DNA from: Smithella sp.
GTDB lineage: Bacteria > Desulfobacterota > Syntrophia > Syntrophales > Smithellaceae
Length of the DNA stretch: 35,941 nucleotides
Direction: 5' to 3'
Assembly: GCA_039679325.1 (NCBI GenBank)
Contig: JBDKVD010000292.1
Coordinates: forward strand, 1-35,941
In this document: positions 1 through 10,130 of the stretch, piece after piece
Numbering within the stretch: position 1 is the first letter of the stretch
Layout of the letters: the number at the start of each line of letters is the position of its first letter
Translations under genes and position numbers: made by a program
The notes under the pieces: model-generated
Told to the model about the DNA's origin: nothing
The model's input: the letters and a program-made list of their open reading frames with translations, nothing else
The model's database searches: none

Positions 1-57
1 CGGTGGCTGTTTCCGTAATCCGTGACCCTTGCCGACAAAGTTGAAGTTCCTGCCTTA

Positions 58-179
58 TTCCAATTCCAAATCAAGCGCTACCTTTGTTGGCGTCGTCGTC
101 GGCTTCCTCAACGTATGTATAATACGCCTCGTCGCCTCCTCCTAGCCGCCGCGGTATCATCTATGATTTGGAAATGGAA
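58..179. mobile_element. MITE-like element with ~16-bp terminal inverted repeats and TTA direct repeats
   Basis: ATTCCAATTCCAAATCA (57-73) matches the reverse complement of TGATTTGGAAATGGAAT (164-180) at 16/17 positions. TTA lies on both sides (55-57, 180-182). No ORF. The left end recurs at 32752-32789. Confidence 0.6.
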
Positions 180-245
180 TTAGTTTGTTTTTAGCCCTGC
201 GGGTTAATTTAAATAATTATTGTTTTTCCGCCCCAAGTTTTTTAA

Positions 246-274
246 TTGACTCGGCGACCGTTTTCTTATACGTT
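246..274 (+). promoter_or_regulatory. Possible sigma70 promoter of the FabH-like gene
   Basis: TTGACT-17 bp-TACGTT, ending 46 bp upstream of ATG 321. Confidence 0.3.
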
Positions 275-320
275 CCCGTCCCAAAATATTTTTTTCGAGT
301 ATTTGAAAGGTAATTTAGAT

Positions 321-1460
321 ATGTCAGGAAATTCTTCGCCTAAGGTCGTCATCAGTGGTTCGGGACTCTGGACACCGTCGTATTTCATTACAAATGAAGA
401 ACTGGTTGCAAGCTACAACGCCTATGCGGAAAAGTTCAATGCCGGGCATGCAGCCCAGATAGCGGCGGGGGAAATCGAGGAGATGCCGTCTTCTTCGGAA
501 AGGTTTATCGAAAAATCTTCCGGAATAAAATCCCGGTATGTATACACCAGAGAAGGAATTCTCGACATAGAACGCATGCGGCCGAAGTTTCCCGATAGAA
601 GCGAGGATGAACTAAGCATTCAGGCGGAAATAGCCGTTCATTCAGCACGTGAAGCAATGAGTGAGGCCGGGAAGACGGCCGCCGATATTGATGCCGTTAT
701 AGTTTCCTGTGGTCATACTCAGCGGTCTCATCCGGCCATTGCCATTGAAGTACAGAATGCACTGGGGATTGAGAAGGGTTTTGGATTTGACATGCTTGTA
801 GCCTGTTCGGCGGCGACCTTTGGTCTTCACCGGGCCTATGACGCCCTGATGTCCGGTTCGGCAAGCTGCGTTTTGGCCATCAATCCGGAGTTGATGACTC
901 CCCAGATAAATTATTGCGACCGGAATTTTCACTTTATCTTTGGTGACGTAAGTACGGCGGTTATTATGGAGCGGCAGGAAACGTGTACCGCTGCCAACAA
1001 TTACGAGGTGTTAAGCACAAGAGCGCTGACTCGGTATTCCACCAATATACGTTCGAATTTCGGGCATCTGTCGCGTGCTACAGACGATGACCCCTTCGGG
1101 AGTAGCAATCTGTTTCATCAGGCAGGAAAAAAGGCTTTTGCCGAAGTAGGCCCGATAGCCATCAAACATATTAATGAACATCTGGCAAGTCTCGGTTTAA
1201 CGTCTAAAGATGTCAAACGGTACTGGCTGCACCAGGCGAATATCAACATGAACAAAATAGTTATAAAGAACGTCCTTGGTGAAAACTACAATGAGGAAGA
1301 TGTGCCGACAATACTCGACCGGTACGGCAATACCGCATCGGCCGGGTTAATCATCGCTTTTCACCTGCACAATAAGGATCTGAAAAAAGATGATATCGGT
1401 ATGATCTGCTCCTTTGGCTCAGGGTATTCCGTGGGAAGTTTAGTGTTGCGCAAACGGTAA
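321..1460 (+). CDS. Beta-ketoacyl-ACP synthase III (long FabH/PA3286-like)
   Basis: Catalytic triad motifs VACSAATFG, YWLHQAN and YGNTASAG, plus C-terminal CSFGSGYSVG. ATG 321 is preferred over TTG 246, which is in the promoter region. Confidence 0.88.
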   Translation: MSGNSSPKVVISGSGLWTPSYFITNEELVASYNAYAEKFNAGHAAQIAAGEIEEMPSSSERFIEKSSGIKSRYVYTREGILDIERMRPKFPDRSEDELSIQAEIAVHSAREAMSEAGKTAADIDAVIVSCGHTQRSHPAIAIEVQNALGIEKGFGFDMLVACSAATFGLHRAYDALMSGSASCVLAINPELMTPQINYCDRNFHFIFGDVSTAVIMERQETCTAANNYEVLSTRALTRYSTNIRSNFGHLSRATDDDPFGSSNLFHQAGKKAFAEVGPIAIKHINEHLASLGLTSKDVKRYWLHQANINMNKIVIKNVLGENYNEEDVPTILDRYGNTASAGLIIAFHLHNKDLKKDDIGMICSFGSGYSVGSLVLRKR

Positions 1461-1576
1461 CAGGGAGAATCCAGCTCGAAAATTCTTTGGCTTTTCCAGC
1501 TCGTATTTGAAGATTTCATTGTTTTTATAAAACTTTTGACAGTTCCAACTGGTGCAGCCGGGAGTGCTGCTTAATG

Positions 1577-2035
1577 TTATTGTGCATCCGGTACCGGTTC
1601 GTCTTTAACTAAGAAGATTGAGCAGGGCATCTTCCGGATGATGGCATCATTGCTTCCGCTGATCATAAAATGTTCTATACGGCCTTCTTCCTGGGCACGC
1701 AAAACAACCAGATCAATTTTTTCATTTTCAATAGTTTTCAGGATTTCTTCAACCGGATTTCCTTCTTTAATAATCTCTCTAATATTCATGCCCTTCTTTT
1801 TTTCGCTGTTAATAATTTCGTCCAGTTCCTGCTTTTCTCTCTCCAAATCTCTCTTTCGCTCTTCGATCATTGATATCATAGGCACGCTCCATCCCTGAAG
1901 CCAGAATGTATTCACTATATGAATCACGGAAAGTTCAGCTCGATATTTCGCCGCCAGTGAAACTCCATAATGGACCGTCTTTTGACAAGATTGGGTTATC
2001 CAGCTTACAACAAGAATACGATTAATATCTTTCAT
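1577..2035 (-). CDS. Universal stress protein (USP)
   Basis: MKDINRILV... with GNPVEEIL, IDLVVL and AIIRKMPCSIFLV. Strong RBS (GGAGG) before ATG 2035. The ORF-track extension to 2194 overlaps another gene. Confidence 0.88.
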   Translation of the reverse strand: MKDINRILVVSWITQSCQKTVHYGVSLAAKYRAELSVIHIVNTFWLQGWSVPMISMIEERKRDLEREKQELDEIINSEKKKGMNIREIIKEGNPVEEILKTIENEKIDLVVLRAQEEGRIEHFMISGSNDAIIRKMPCSIFLVKDEPVPDAQ

Positions 2036-2049
2036 GTTCTTCCTCCTTT

Positions 2050-2199
2050 CTAAACGGGTTTCCTTCCCTGAATTACTCTGATCAGCACAACGATGACGGC
2101 AATGACCAGCAGGACATGAATAAAATAACCCATTGTATAGCCGGTCAGCAGCCCCAGCAGCCACAAAATTATCAGTACCACGGCAATTGTCCACAACAT
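2050..2199 (-). CDS. lmo0937-family (DUF5670-like) small membrane protein, 49 aa
   Basis: Manually translated MLWTIAVVLIILWLLGLLTGYTMGYFIHVLLVIAVIVVLIRVIQGRKPV. Two hydrophobic segments. Paralogs at 31197 and 31910. Confidence 0.85.
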   Translation of the reverse strand: MLWTIAVVLIILWLLGLLTGYTMGYFIHVLLVIAVIVVLIRVIQGRKPV

Positions 2200-2226
2200 A
2201 TGATCATTCTTTCCGATTGATACTTT

Positions 2227-2268
2227 TCACTGCCGGCTGATGCATTCTGCTGTGCCAGCCGGCAGTGA
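2227..2268. other. Perfect 13-bp stem-loop downstream of triple-BON gene 1
   Basis: TCACTGCCGGCTG-16 nt-CAGCCGGCAGTGA. No U-tract on the coding strand. Confidence 0.6.
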
Positions 2269-2295
2269 TCATATCTTCTCTTTGGGTTTGGTCGA

Positions 2296-3054
2296 CTACT
2301 CGATGGTCATCCGGTTCTTTACACTCTTTACACCGTTTACATCGATGGCGAATTTAGTGGCCAGATCCTTTTCGGCTGCATTTTTCGCTTTGCCGCTCAA
2401 TGTAACCACACCCCTCTTCGTGGTGACCGAGGTATTGAGGGCGCTGGTTGAGCGGTGATAAAGCAGCGTCATCTTGACTTGGGCGGTGATCGAAGCGTCA
2501 TCAATCCTGGAGCTTGCCGTTTGCTTCTTTTTCGGAGCCTTTCCTATGGTCATTTCATTATTCACATCTTTAACACCTTCGACATCCCTGGCGTATTCAG
2601 TCGTCAAGTCCTTTTGGGCCTGATTAGCCGCTTCGCCTCGTAGAGTCACAATGCCGTCTTTGACGTTAACCTCTGTTGTGCCGACGCTTACGCTGCGATG
2701 AAACAAGAGGGTGTATTTCACTTTGTCACGGAGCAATGCATCCGAGTCTGCGGTGGGGGGAGTCCCTTTGATTTCCAGTCTGTTGTCCACACTTTTAACA
2801 CCGGGGAGACTTGCTACCGTTTCCTGGGCCAACGACTTGTTGAAGTTGTCGGCAACCGTCCCCGTCAAAGTGACGGCGCCATCATTGGACTCTATTTTGA
2901 TATCATCGCCCTTGAGGAAGGTCTTGAATACGTATGAATGCCTGGCTGTCGATTCGATGCGGTTATCCGTCCTGGAAGCATATACAGGCATGCTGAGCGC
3001 CAGCAGAGCAAACGCCGCAGCCATCATTACTACTAGTCTATACATTGTTTTCAT
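2296..3054 (-). CDS. Secreted triple-BON-domain (OsmY-like) protein
   Basis: Signal peptide followed by three repeats of GxVTLxG...VxGVKxVxNx(L/M), and DDASITAQVK. Confidence 0.9.
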   Translation of the reverse strand: MKTMYRLVVMMAAAFALLALSMPVYASRTDNRIESTARHSYVFKTFLKGDDIKIESNDGAVTLTGTVADNFNKSLAQETVASLPGVKSVDNRLEIKGTPPTADSDALLRDKVKYTLLFHRSVSVGTTEVNVKDGIVTLRGEAANQAQKDLTTEYARDVEGVKDVNNEMTIGKAPKKKQTASSRIDDASITAQVKMTLLYHRSTSALNTSVTTKRGVVTLSGKAKNAAEKDLATKFAIDVNGVKSVKNRMTIE

Positions 3055-3123
3055 TTATCCCTCTGTGCCAATATAATTGAGACACTTTCTCCTGTTATTG
3101 TTGCTACTGTTGTTTAATAAACT

Positions 3124-3303
3124 CTATTTTTCCAGAACCTTCTTGACCTGACCGATCTTTTCCTGAACTTCGCCGGCTATCTTTTCAACGGTGCCTTCGG
3201 TTTCCAATTCAGGGTTATCGCTTAGATCCCCCGCTACTTCTTTGATCTTGCCCTTAATTTGGTGGAACTTTCCTTCCACCTGATCCTGCGTACCTGATTT
3301 CAT
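3124..3303 (-). CDS. CsbD-family general stress protein, 59 aa
   Basis: Manually translated MKSGTQDQVEGKFHQIKGKIKEVAGDLSDNPELETEGTVEKIAGEVQEKIGQVKKVLEK. RBS GGGAG. Below the ORF-track cutoff. Confidence 0.88.
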   Translation of the reverse strand: MKSGTQDQVEGKFHQIKGKIKEVAGDLSDNPELETEGTVEKIAGEVQEKIGQVKKVLEK

Positions 3304-3340
3304 GATATTCTCCCTTCGTATTATTTATTAACAGGTAATA

Positions 3341-3487
3341 GCAAATAGTCGGCCAATACCCGAAAGATAATCAGAAGTTTTGATTCATCTTTTATAACAG
3401 TAGATTAGATTGGCAGGGGAGAGCGGCAGAAATAGATGAAATGATTTGTTTGGCCTCAATATTTGGTGGAGCCTCAGTATATCGAGG
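3341..3487 (-). promoter_or_regulatory. Sigma54 promoter cassette copy 1
   Basis: Minus-strand TTGGCCGACTATTTGC (3356-3341, GG-N10-GC). IHF-like TAACAGtagaTTA at 3395-3407. Boxes CCTCAATATTTGGTGG (3454-3469) and CCTCAGTATATCGAGG (3472-3487). Confidence 0.85.
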
Positions 3488-3584
3488 GATGGTTGAAATA
3501 TTCGGGAGTCAGTATTGATAAGATTTTTCATTCTGAGCTCTGTCTTCTGAATTCGCAATGCCGTCGGGTTTCAGAAATATTGCT

Positions 3585-4706
3585 TCATGTCATTGTCCCT
3601 ATGGTTTTGCGAAAGCGTGCCAGGGACAGGGAAAACAGGGAGGCCCCGATCACGACAAGGGCGATAAATTGCGGCCAGACGACTGAAAGTCCTGCACCAC
3701 GATACAGGATGGCTTGAGCAAGAATGACGAAATGAGTATTCGGTGCTGCCTGCATCAGGAATTGTATGAATTGGGGCATGCTCTCCCGCGGCGTCATGCC
3801 ACCCGAAAGCATCTGTAACGGCAACAACACCAGCATCAGCAGCAATCCGAATTGAGGCATCGAACGGGCAATCGTACCAAGAAAGATGCCGAGGGACGCG
3901 GTGGCAAACAGGTGCAGAGTGGTGCCGAAAAGAAACAGACCGATTGAACCTTCGATGGGTACCGAAAGCAGCCCCCGGACGACGAAGATCAGCGAAAAGG
4001 TGGTAGCCGCCAGCACAACCAGAGCCATGGCCCAGACCTTGCTCGTCACGATCTCGAAAGGAGTAACCGGCATCGCCAGAAGGTGCTCCACCGTGCCATG
4101 TTCCCGTTCGCGGATCAGCGCTGCTCCGGCAAGGATAATCGACAACATGGTGACGCTGTTGATGACCTGCATTATTGCGCCGAACCACGATTGGTTCAAC
4201 TCGGGATTGAAGCGCGCCCGCAAGGCCAGATCCACCGGAGGTATTGTGTTTGACCGGTAGCCCTGCAGGAAGGTGCTCACCTCACCGCCGATGATGGCCT
4301 GGATGTAACCGCTGCCGGTAAAAGCCTGGCCCATGCGGGTGGCATCGACATTGAGCTGTATCACAGGATTGCGGCCTGCCAGGACATCGCGCTGGAAACC
4401 GGAGGGGATAGTGAGTGCAAAGGTATCGCGGCCGGCGTCCATCCGGGCATCCGCCTCGGACTGGGCGATCAACGCCGGGGGCATGAAATGAGGCGGGTAG
4501 AAGGCGTCGGTAATACGTGTGGAGAGGGGTGATTGATCCTCGTCAATAATGGCGATGGGGGCTTTGTGCAATGTCTCCGGCGTAGCCGTTGCAGCGGTGT
4601 AAACCGAAAACGTAAAAGAATATACAACCAGTACAATCATAATCGGTTCGCGCAGCAGGCTGCGCAATTCTTTAACACCAAGGTGGAGAATATTTGCCGT
4701 GCGCAT
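3585..4706 (-). CDS. yhhJ: ABC-2 type permease (YhhJ-like)
   Basis: LGVKELRSL..., REREHGTVEHLL, ARSMPQFGLL, GGMTPRESMP; multiple TM helices; directly follows rbbA. Confidence 0.88.
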   Translation of the reverse strand: MRTANILHLGVKELRSLLREPIMIVLVVYSFTFSVYTAATATPETLHKAPIAIIDEDQSPLSTRITDAFYPPHFMPPALIAQSEADARMDAGRDTFALTIPSGFQRDVLAGRNPVIQLNVDATRMGQAFTGSGYIQAIIGGEVSTFLQGYRSNTIPPVDLALRARFNPELNQSWFGAIMQVINSVTMLSIILAGAALIREREHGTVEHLLAMPVTPFEIVTSKVWAMALVVLAATTFSLIFVVRGLLSVPIEGSIGLFLFGTTLHLFATASLGIFLGTIARSMPQFGLLLMLVLLPLQMLSGGMTPRESMPQFIQFLMQAAPNTHFVILAQAILYRGAGLSVVWPQFIALVVIGASLFSLSLARFRKTIGTMT

Positions 4707-4708
4707 GT

Positions 4709-7507
4709 TCAGTGCTCCTGTTTTTTGAGCAAGACAGTTCCCAGAGCGATAAGTACGGGTATGGCAATCAATAACGGTACGAAGGAAGAGTAAAGATCAG
4801 ATATGCCGAGCGACTTGGAGAAAGTGCCGCGGGCAATGGTCAGAAAATGGCTTGTCGGATAGTACCTGCCAATCACTGCGCCTGCTCCTTCCAGAGAAGA
4901 AACCGGGTTGATCATTCCGGAAAACTGTACGGCGGGCAGAATGGTCAATAGCACTGTGCCAAACAAAGCGGCGATCTGGCTCTTCATAAAGGTTGAAATC
5001 ACCAAACCGATGGCGGTGGCGGCGATTACATACAGCAAAGCCGCAGCAGCAAGAGTGAGGAAACTGCCTTTGAGCGGTACATCAAACATGAATACCGCTA
5101 ACGCAGTGAGCAGCAGGAAGTTGAGCATTGCCAATGCGATGTAGGGAAGCTGCTTGCCCAACAAAAATTCCAGCCTCGTGACCGGAGTCACATAGAGATT
5201 GACAATAGAACCCAGCTCTTTCTCCCGCACGACCGACAGCGCGGTCAACATGGCCGGGATCAGCATCAGGAGCAGCGGAATCACAGCCGGCACCATGGAC
5301 ACAAGACTCTTGACGTCCGGATTATAACGAAAACGGGTCTCAATGGTCGCCGGGACTGTTAGTGCGGCAGAGCCGATTGTTTGACGCGCCGCGGTTGCCA
5401 GCCACTGTGCGTGTATTCCCTGCGCATAGCCGCGCACCGTTTCTGCCCGCTGTGGCATGGCGCCGTCGATCCAGGCGCCAACGGCAACCGGCGTGCCGCG
5501 TTTCAGGTCTCGGGCGAACCCGGACGGGATTTCGATGGCTAAACTGATCTCGCCTGAACGCATGCGACGATCCATTTCCGCGTAATCGGCAATCGGCGGG
5601 TGCTCGATAAAGTAGCGCGAACCGGAAAGGTTGAGCACATAGTCGCTACTGGTAGTCGTTTGATCGCGGTCGAGCACCGCGAAGGTGAGATTCTCCACAT
5701 CCATGCTGATGCCGTAACCCATCACAAACATCAGTATAGCGCTGCCCAGCATCGCCAGGGTCAGGCGGATCGGATCGCGAAGCAGTTCCAGCGTTTCGCG
5801 CCGGGTATAACTGAATAAGCGGCGTAAACTGAACCAGGCGGTTCGCGCCTCTGGGATCGCGGCGTGTTGTTCGGGAGGCGGTGGGGGGGTGGCAACCGTT
5901 TCGGCGGTTACTGTCGAGGCTCCGGCTGTTTCTTTGGCCAGAGCCTCTTCCAGGTAGCTGATAAAAGCTTCCTCAAGTGAACTGACGCCACGAGCTGCAA
6001 TCAGCGCGGCAGGCGAGTCACTAACCAGCACCCGGCCTGCATGCATGAGTGAGATCCGGTCACATCGTTCCGCCTCGTTCATAAAGTGGGTGGAGATGAA
6101 AATAGTGACCTTATCCTTGCGCGCCAGATCGATCATGATCTGCCAGAAGGCATCGCGCGCCATCGGGTCTACCCCCGATGTCGGCTCGTCGAGAATCAGC
6201 ATTTCCGGACCGTGGATCATCGCCACCGCGAGCGACAATCGCTGACGCTGACCAAGCGGCAGGGCGTCAGGCAGGCTATCCATAACCTCGCTTAAGTAGA
6301 AACGCTGCGCCATCTCTTCCAGACGCGACTCGATGCTCTCTTCCGGCATCTTGAACAAACGTGCGTGCAATACCAGATTCTGCCTGACCGTCAACTCACT
6401 GTAAAGTGAAAACGACTGCGACATATAGCCGACACGCCGGCGCGTATCAAGATCATGCGGATCAACAGGATGACCGAACAGCAGTGCCTGCCCTTCAGTG
6501 GGTGGCAGCAGGCCGGTCAGCATCTTCATGGTGGTGGTCTTGCCACACCCGTTGGATCCCAAAAAACCGAAAATCTCACCTTGCCCGATGCTGAAGCTTA
6601 CATGATCAACGGCGGTGAAATCGCCAAAGCGCATTGTAAGATCATGAGCCTCAATCGCTGTTTCCCCGACGGAGTCAGTCTCGCGGGGGAGGATAACGAC
6701 CGGTTGGTAACCGTCACGCTGAGTCTGCGGCAGCAGGGCGATAAATGCCTCCTCCAGCGTTTCGGCGCCGGTGAGAGTCAGGATCTCCTGCGGGGTGCCC
6801 GTGGCGAGTATGTGTCCGGCATTCATAGCCACGATCCAGTCGAAGCGCGCAGCTTCTTCCATGTAAGCGGTGGCGATGAGCACACTCATGCCGGTTCGCT
6901 CGGAACGAATGTGGTCAATCAGTTCCCAGAACTGCCGCCGCGAGAGCGGATCGACGCCGGTGGTCGGTTCGTCCAGAATCAGCATGTCGGGATCGTGAAT
7001 GAGTGCACAGCACAGGCCGAGTTTCTGCTTCATACCGCCGGAGAGCTTTCCTGCCGGCCTGTCGGTAAAGGGAGCCAGTCCCGTGGCTGTAAGTAACTCA
7101 TTAATACGGCGCTCGCGCTCGTTGCGGCTGTGGCCGAAGAGACTGGCGAAGAAATCAAGATTTTCGGTTACCGACAGCGTTGCGTAGAGATTTTTGCCCA
7201 GCCCCTGCGGCATGTAGGCCACCTGCGGGCAAACAATCCTGCGATGGCGACGGTCGGCGATATTGCCGCCCAAAACTTCGATCCTCCCTGTCTGGATAGC
7301 TCTGGCGCCTGCCAGCAGTGAGAATAGAGTGGACTTGCCCACACCATCCGGGCCGATAAAGCCGACCATGCAGCCTGCGGGCACATCAAGACTAACACCA
7401 TCCAGCGCCAGGGTCTTCCTGCCATAGCGTTGACTGACATCATGCAGCCGGGCCACAGACTGCAACACAGGCAGTGCAAGACCGGTTGCGGAATTATGTT
7501 CACTCAT
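4709..7507 (-). CDS. rbbA: Dual ABC ATPase-permease fusion (RbbA/YhiH)
   Basis: Two Walker A motifs ([16 protein letters not shown]), LSGGMKQK, two LDEPT motifs and a C-terminal ABC-2 membrane domain. ATG 7507 overlaps the upstream stop (ATGA). Confidence 0.9.
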   Translation of the reverse strand: MSEHNSATGLALPVLQSVARLHDVSQRYGRKTLALDGVSLDVPAGCMVGFIGPDGVGKSTLFSLLAGARAIQTGRIEVLGGNIADRRHRRIVCPQVAYMPQGLGKNLYATLSVTENLDFFASLFGHSRNERERRINELLTATGLAPFTDRPAGKLSGGMKQKLGLCCALIHDPDMLILDEPTTGVDPLSRRQFWELIDHIRSERTGMSVLIATAYMEEAARFDWIVAMNAGHILATGTPQEILTLTGAETLEEAFIALLPQTQRDGYQPVVILPRETDSVGETAIEAHDLTMRFGDFTAVDHVSFSIGQGEIFGFLGSNGCGKTTTMKMLTGLLPPTEGQALLFGHPVDPHDLDTRRRVGYMSQSFSLYSELTVRQNLVLHARLFKMPEESIESRLEEMAQRFYLSEVMDSLPDALPLGQRQRLSLAVAMIHGPEMLILDEPTSGVDPMARDAFWQIMIDLARKDKVTIFISTHFMNEAERCDRISLMHAGRVLVSDSPAALIAARGVSSLEEAFISYLEEALAKETAGASTVTAETVATPPPPPEQHAAIPEARTAWFSLRRLFSYTRRETLELLRDPIRLTLAMLGSAILMFVMGYGISMDVENLTFAVLDRDQTTTSSDYVLNLSGSRYFIEHPPIADYAEMDRRMRSGEISLAIEIPSGFARDLKRGTPVAVGAWIDGAMPQRAETVRGYAQGIHAQWLATAARQTIGSAALTVPATIETRFRYNPDVKSLVSMVPAVIPLLLMLIPAMLTALSVVREKELGSIVNLYVTPVTRLEFLLGKQLPYIALAMLNFLLLTALAVFMFDVPLKGSFLTLAAAALLYVIAATAIGLVISTFMKSQIAALFGTVLLTILPAVQFSGMINPVSSLEGAGAVIGRYYPTSHFLTIARGTFSKSLGISDLYSSFVPLLIAIPVLIALGTVLLKKQEH

Positions 7508-8628
7508 AGTTGTGGTTTCACCTGCAGATGGGCCGGCCACTCTACTTTGGAATTCAGCCTTATATAGGCCACGCCGGGCAGTCCGGTTTTGACCTGAGTG
7601 ATATGCCTTTTGAGCAAATCCGGAGGAATCTGCGCCCGGACGCGGAACATTAACTTTTGGCGTTCACTGGCCGTCTCCACTGTTTTCGGAGTGAACTGGG
7701 CTACATCGGACACAAACGACACCTTCGCCGGAATCACATATTCAGGAGCCGCGTCCAGCACCATACGTACCTCAGTGCCTAATGCAACCCTTCCGACCAC
7801 GGCTGTAGGCAGGAAAAAGGTCATATAGACATCGCTCAGATCAACCAGACTCAACACCCGGCCACCGGCGCCGACCACTTCGCCGGGCTGAACGACCCGG
7901 TACTGCACCCGCCCTTCACGAGGTGACGTAAGCGAGCTGTCTTTTATATTGGCCCCAATACGTTCGATAGTTGCCTGCACGGCTTCAACAGCCGACTGCG
8001 CGCCGGCAATACCGGCACGCGCCGTCACGACGGCCGCGGCGGAGGCGGCAAGCTGGGCGCGAGCCGCACTGACGGCGGCAACGGCACTATGGACCCTCGC
8101 GCTGTCATCATCAGCCTCCTGTTGCGACGTCGCCGCTTCAGCCGCCAGGGTTAAGGAGCGAAACGCGCGCTTCCGGGCAACACCCAGTTCGGCCTCGCGT
8201 TGCCCGACTACCGCCTGCGTTGCTGTTTTTTCGCTTTCGCGCTGAACCAATTGACTGCGCGCCGTTTCAACCCCGCTCTGCGCTTGTTTCAATTGCGCTT
8301 CGGCCTGCCGGCGCTCGGCTTCCAGGACTTCGGTATCCAGCAAGGCTACTACTTGTCCGGCGGAAACCAACTCCCCTTCACGGACCAGAATATCCTTTAC
8401 CCGACCGGGTGTCCTGGCGGCGATGTCAATCTCCACTGCTTCAATGCGTCCATTGCCGCTTACAAGACCTTTGTTTTTGTCAGCACTGCCCAATATTTGC
8501 CAGGCCGTTATACCCAGGCCGGCAAGAATCAGCACCACTGCGGCCGCAATCACCCATTTCTTCTTCAGTTGTTTGATGATGGTTTTTTCAGGCCCGGATG
8601 TGGCTTCAGGCTCAGGCTCGTTGGTCAT
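7504..8628 (-). CDS. HlyD-family periplasmic adaptor (YhiI-like)
   Basis: N-terminal TM helix, SGNGRIEA, Ala-rich coiled coil, [20 protein letters not shown]. Confidence 0.9.
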   Translation of the reverse strand: MTNEPEPEATSGPEKTIIKQLKKKWVIAAAVVLILAGLGITAWQILGSADKNKGLVSGNGRIEAVEIDIAARTPGRVKDILVREGELVSAGQVVALLDTEVLEAERRQAEAQLKQAQSGVETARSQLVQRESEKTATQAVVGQREAELGVARKRAFRSLTLAAEAATSQQEADDDSARVHSAVAAVSAARAQLAASAAAVVTARAGIAGAQSAVEAVQATIERIGANIKDSSLTSPREGRVQYRVVQPGEVVGAGGRVLSLVDLSDVYMTFFLPTAVVGRVALGTEVRMVLDAAPEYVIPAKVSFVSDVAQFTPKTVETASERQKLMFRVRAQIPPDLLKRHITQVKTGLPGVAYIRLNSKVEWPAHLQVKPQL

Positions 8629-8672
8629 CGTCCTCTCTCCATAGCTTCATGGCGCATGCAACGCCCTTTGAG

Positions 8673-10088
8673 TTATTGTGCCCTATGTGCAACACTACCA
8701 CCGCCCAGCGCAGCATAGAGGTTTACGCTACTTGCCAGTAGCGCCCTTCGTAACTGGACCAATGCTTGTTCGGTGACAAACCGGTCGCGCTCGGCATCGA
8801 GTACCTCCAGGTAAGGCACCGCACCGTTTTGATAACGCAACCCGGCCAGACGTGTACGTTCTATTTGTGCAGCAAGGGTTGCCTGCTGAGCGGCAACCTG
8901 CAAAGTGAGCCAGCGACGCTCGGCCAGCGCATCGGCAACTTCGCGGAAAGCCCCCTGAATTGTTCGTTCATAGTCGGCTACAGCCAGATTGCGACGTGCT
9001 TCCGAAACATCAAGATTAGCGAGATTGCGGCCGCCATCAAAAATCGGCAGGGTCACACTCGGCGCAAAACGCCAGATGCCGCTGTCTGCACCAAACAGAC
9101 CGCTGAGCGCGACGCTGGCAGTGCCCAGGTCGCCGGTCAACATGATGCGCGGTAAAAAGGCTGCACGGGCGGCGCCGATGTTGGCATTGGCTGCCTTCAA
9201 CTGATGCTCGGCAGCGAGAATATCCGGACGGTTAATCAGCAAATCCGAGGGCAGTCCTGCAGAAATTTCCTGCACAAAGCCCCGTTCGATCATAGACAGC
9301 GGCTGGTTCTCAGAAGCAACGATGGGAGCGCCGACCAGAAGTGTAAGCGCATTGTGGTTTTGATCCCGCTGGCGCATTAAGGCCGCCCGGTCGGCACTCG
9401 CCTGATTCAAGAGCGTTTCAGCCTGAACTGCATCCAGCTTGGATGAATATCCTACCTCGTATCGCCGGCGCGCAATGCGATAAGAGTCCTCACGACCGGT
9501 AAGGGTCATCTGTGCAATGATTATTCGCTCGTCGAGTTCCCGTTCCAGAAGATAAATATTGGCAACGTGTGCTACCAGGCTGATGACTATTGCACGCTGT
9601 GCTTCTTCAGTTGCCAGGTACTTCTCCAGCGCTGCCGCCGTGAGGTTGCGCACCCGGCCCCAGAAATCCAGTTCCCACAAACTGAGATTCAGGGTAACCT
9701 GGTATTGCTCTGAAGTGATAGAGCTCCCGGTTGGTGAGAGATCGGCCGGCACCCGCGACCGGCTTCCCCTTGCGTCAACACTGATGTTGGGTAACAGGTC
9801 AGCGCGCTGGATACCATAGAGGCCACGGACCTCTTCCACTCGCTGTACCGCAATTCGCAGATCGCGGTTGTTCTCGAGCGCCTGAGCGATCAGTTCCTGG
9901 AGCCTGGCATCTGTGAAGAATTCGCGCCAGCCAAGTTGCAAAGCATCCTGCGTGGTCTTCTTTTGTGCTAAGTTCACTCCCGGATAAGCCGCCGCTGTGG
10001 GCAGTGAAGGCCGCTCATAGGAAGGGGCCAGCGAACATCCGGCTAAAATGGTAATAAGTGCTCCCAACAACATGTTTCGCAGGTTCAT
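8673..10088 (-). CDS. NodT/OprM-family outer-membrane efflux lipoprotein
   Basis: Lipobox LAGC-SLAP, ALENNRDLR, WELDFWGR, RPDILAAE, LYAALGGG. Confidence 0.9.
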   Translation of the reverse strand: MNLRNMLLGALITILAGCSLAPSYERPSLPTAAAYPGVNLAQKKTTQDALQLGWREFFTDARLQELIAQALENNRDLRIAVQRVEEVRGLYGIQRADLLPNISVDARGSRSRVPADLSPTGSSITSEQYQVTLNLSLWELDFWGRVRNLTAAALEKYLATEEAQRAIVISLVAHVANIYLLERELDERIIIAQMTLTGREDSYRIARRRYEVGYSSKLDAVQAETLLNQASADRAALMRQRDQNHNALTLLVGAPIVASENQPLSMIERGFVQEISAGLPSDLLINRPDILAAEHQLKAANANIGAARAAFLPRIMLTGDLGTASVALSGLFGADSGIWRFAPSVTLPIFDGGRNLANLDVSEARRNLAVADYERTIQGAFREVADALAERRWLTLQVAAQQATLAAQIERTRLAGLRYQNGAVPYLEVLDAERDRFVTEQALVQLRRALLASSVNLYAALGGGSVAHRAQ

Positions 10089-10118
10089 TCTTTATGTCTC
10101 AAGTGCTCGATGTAATTG

Positions 10119-10130
10119 CAAAACGTTTTG
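10119..10130. promoter_or_regulatory. Perfect palindrome, possible operator of the efflux operon
   Basis: CAAAACGTTTTG, about 30 bp upstream of ATG 10088. Confidence 0.35.

Noticed and set aside
3463-3717. + strand ORFs starting VEPQY (also 12413 and 32678) as a paralogous family
   Set aside because: The similarity is limited to the operator DNA; the rest is unrelated and partly antisense to real genes.
3571-4188. Alternative-frame and antisense ORFs inside the long genes (e.g. 3571-4188, 6455-7096, 31102-31341)
   Set aside because: Shadows of well-supported CDSs with no recognisable motifs.
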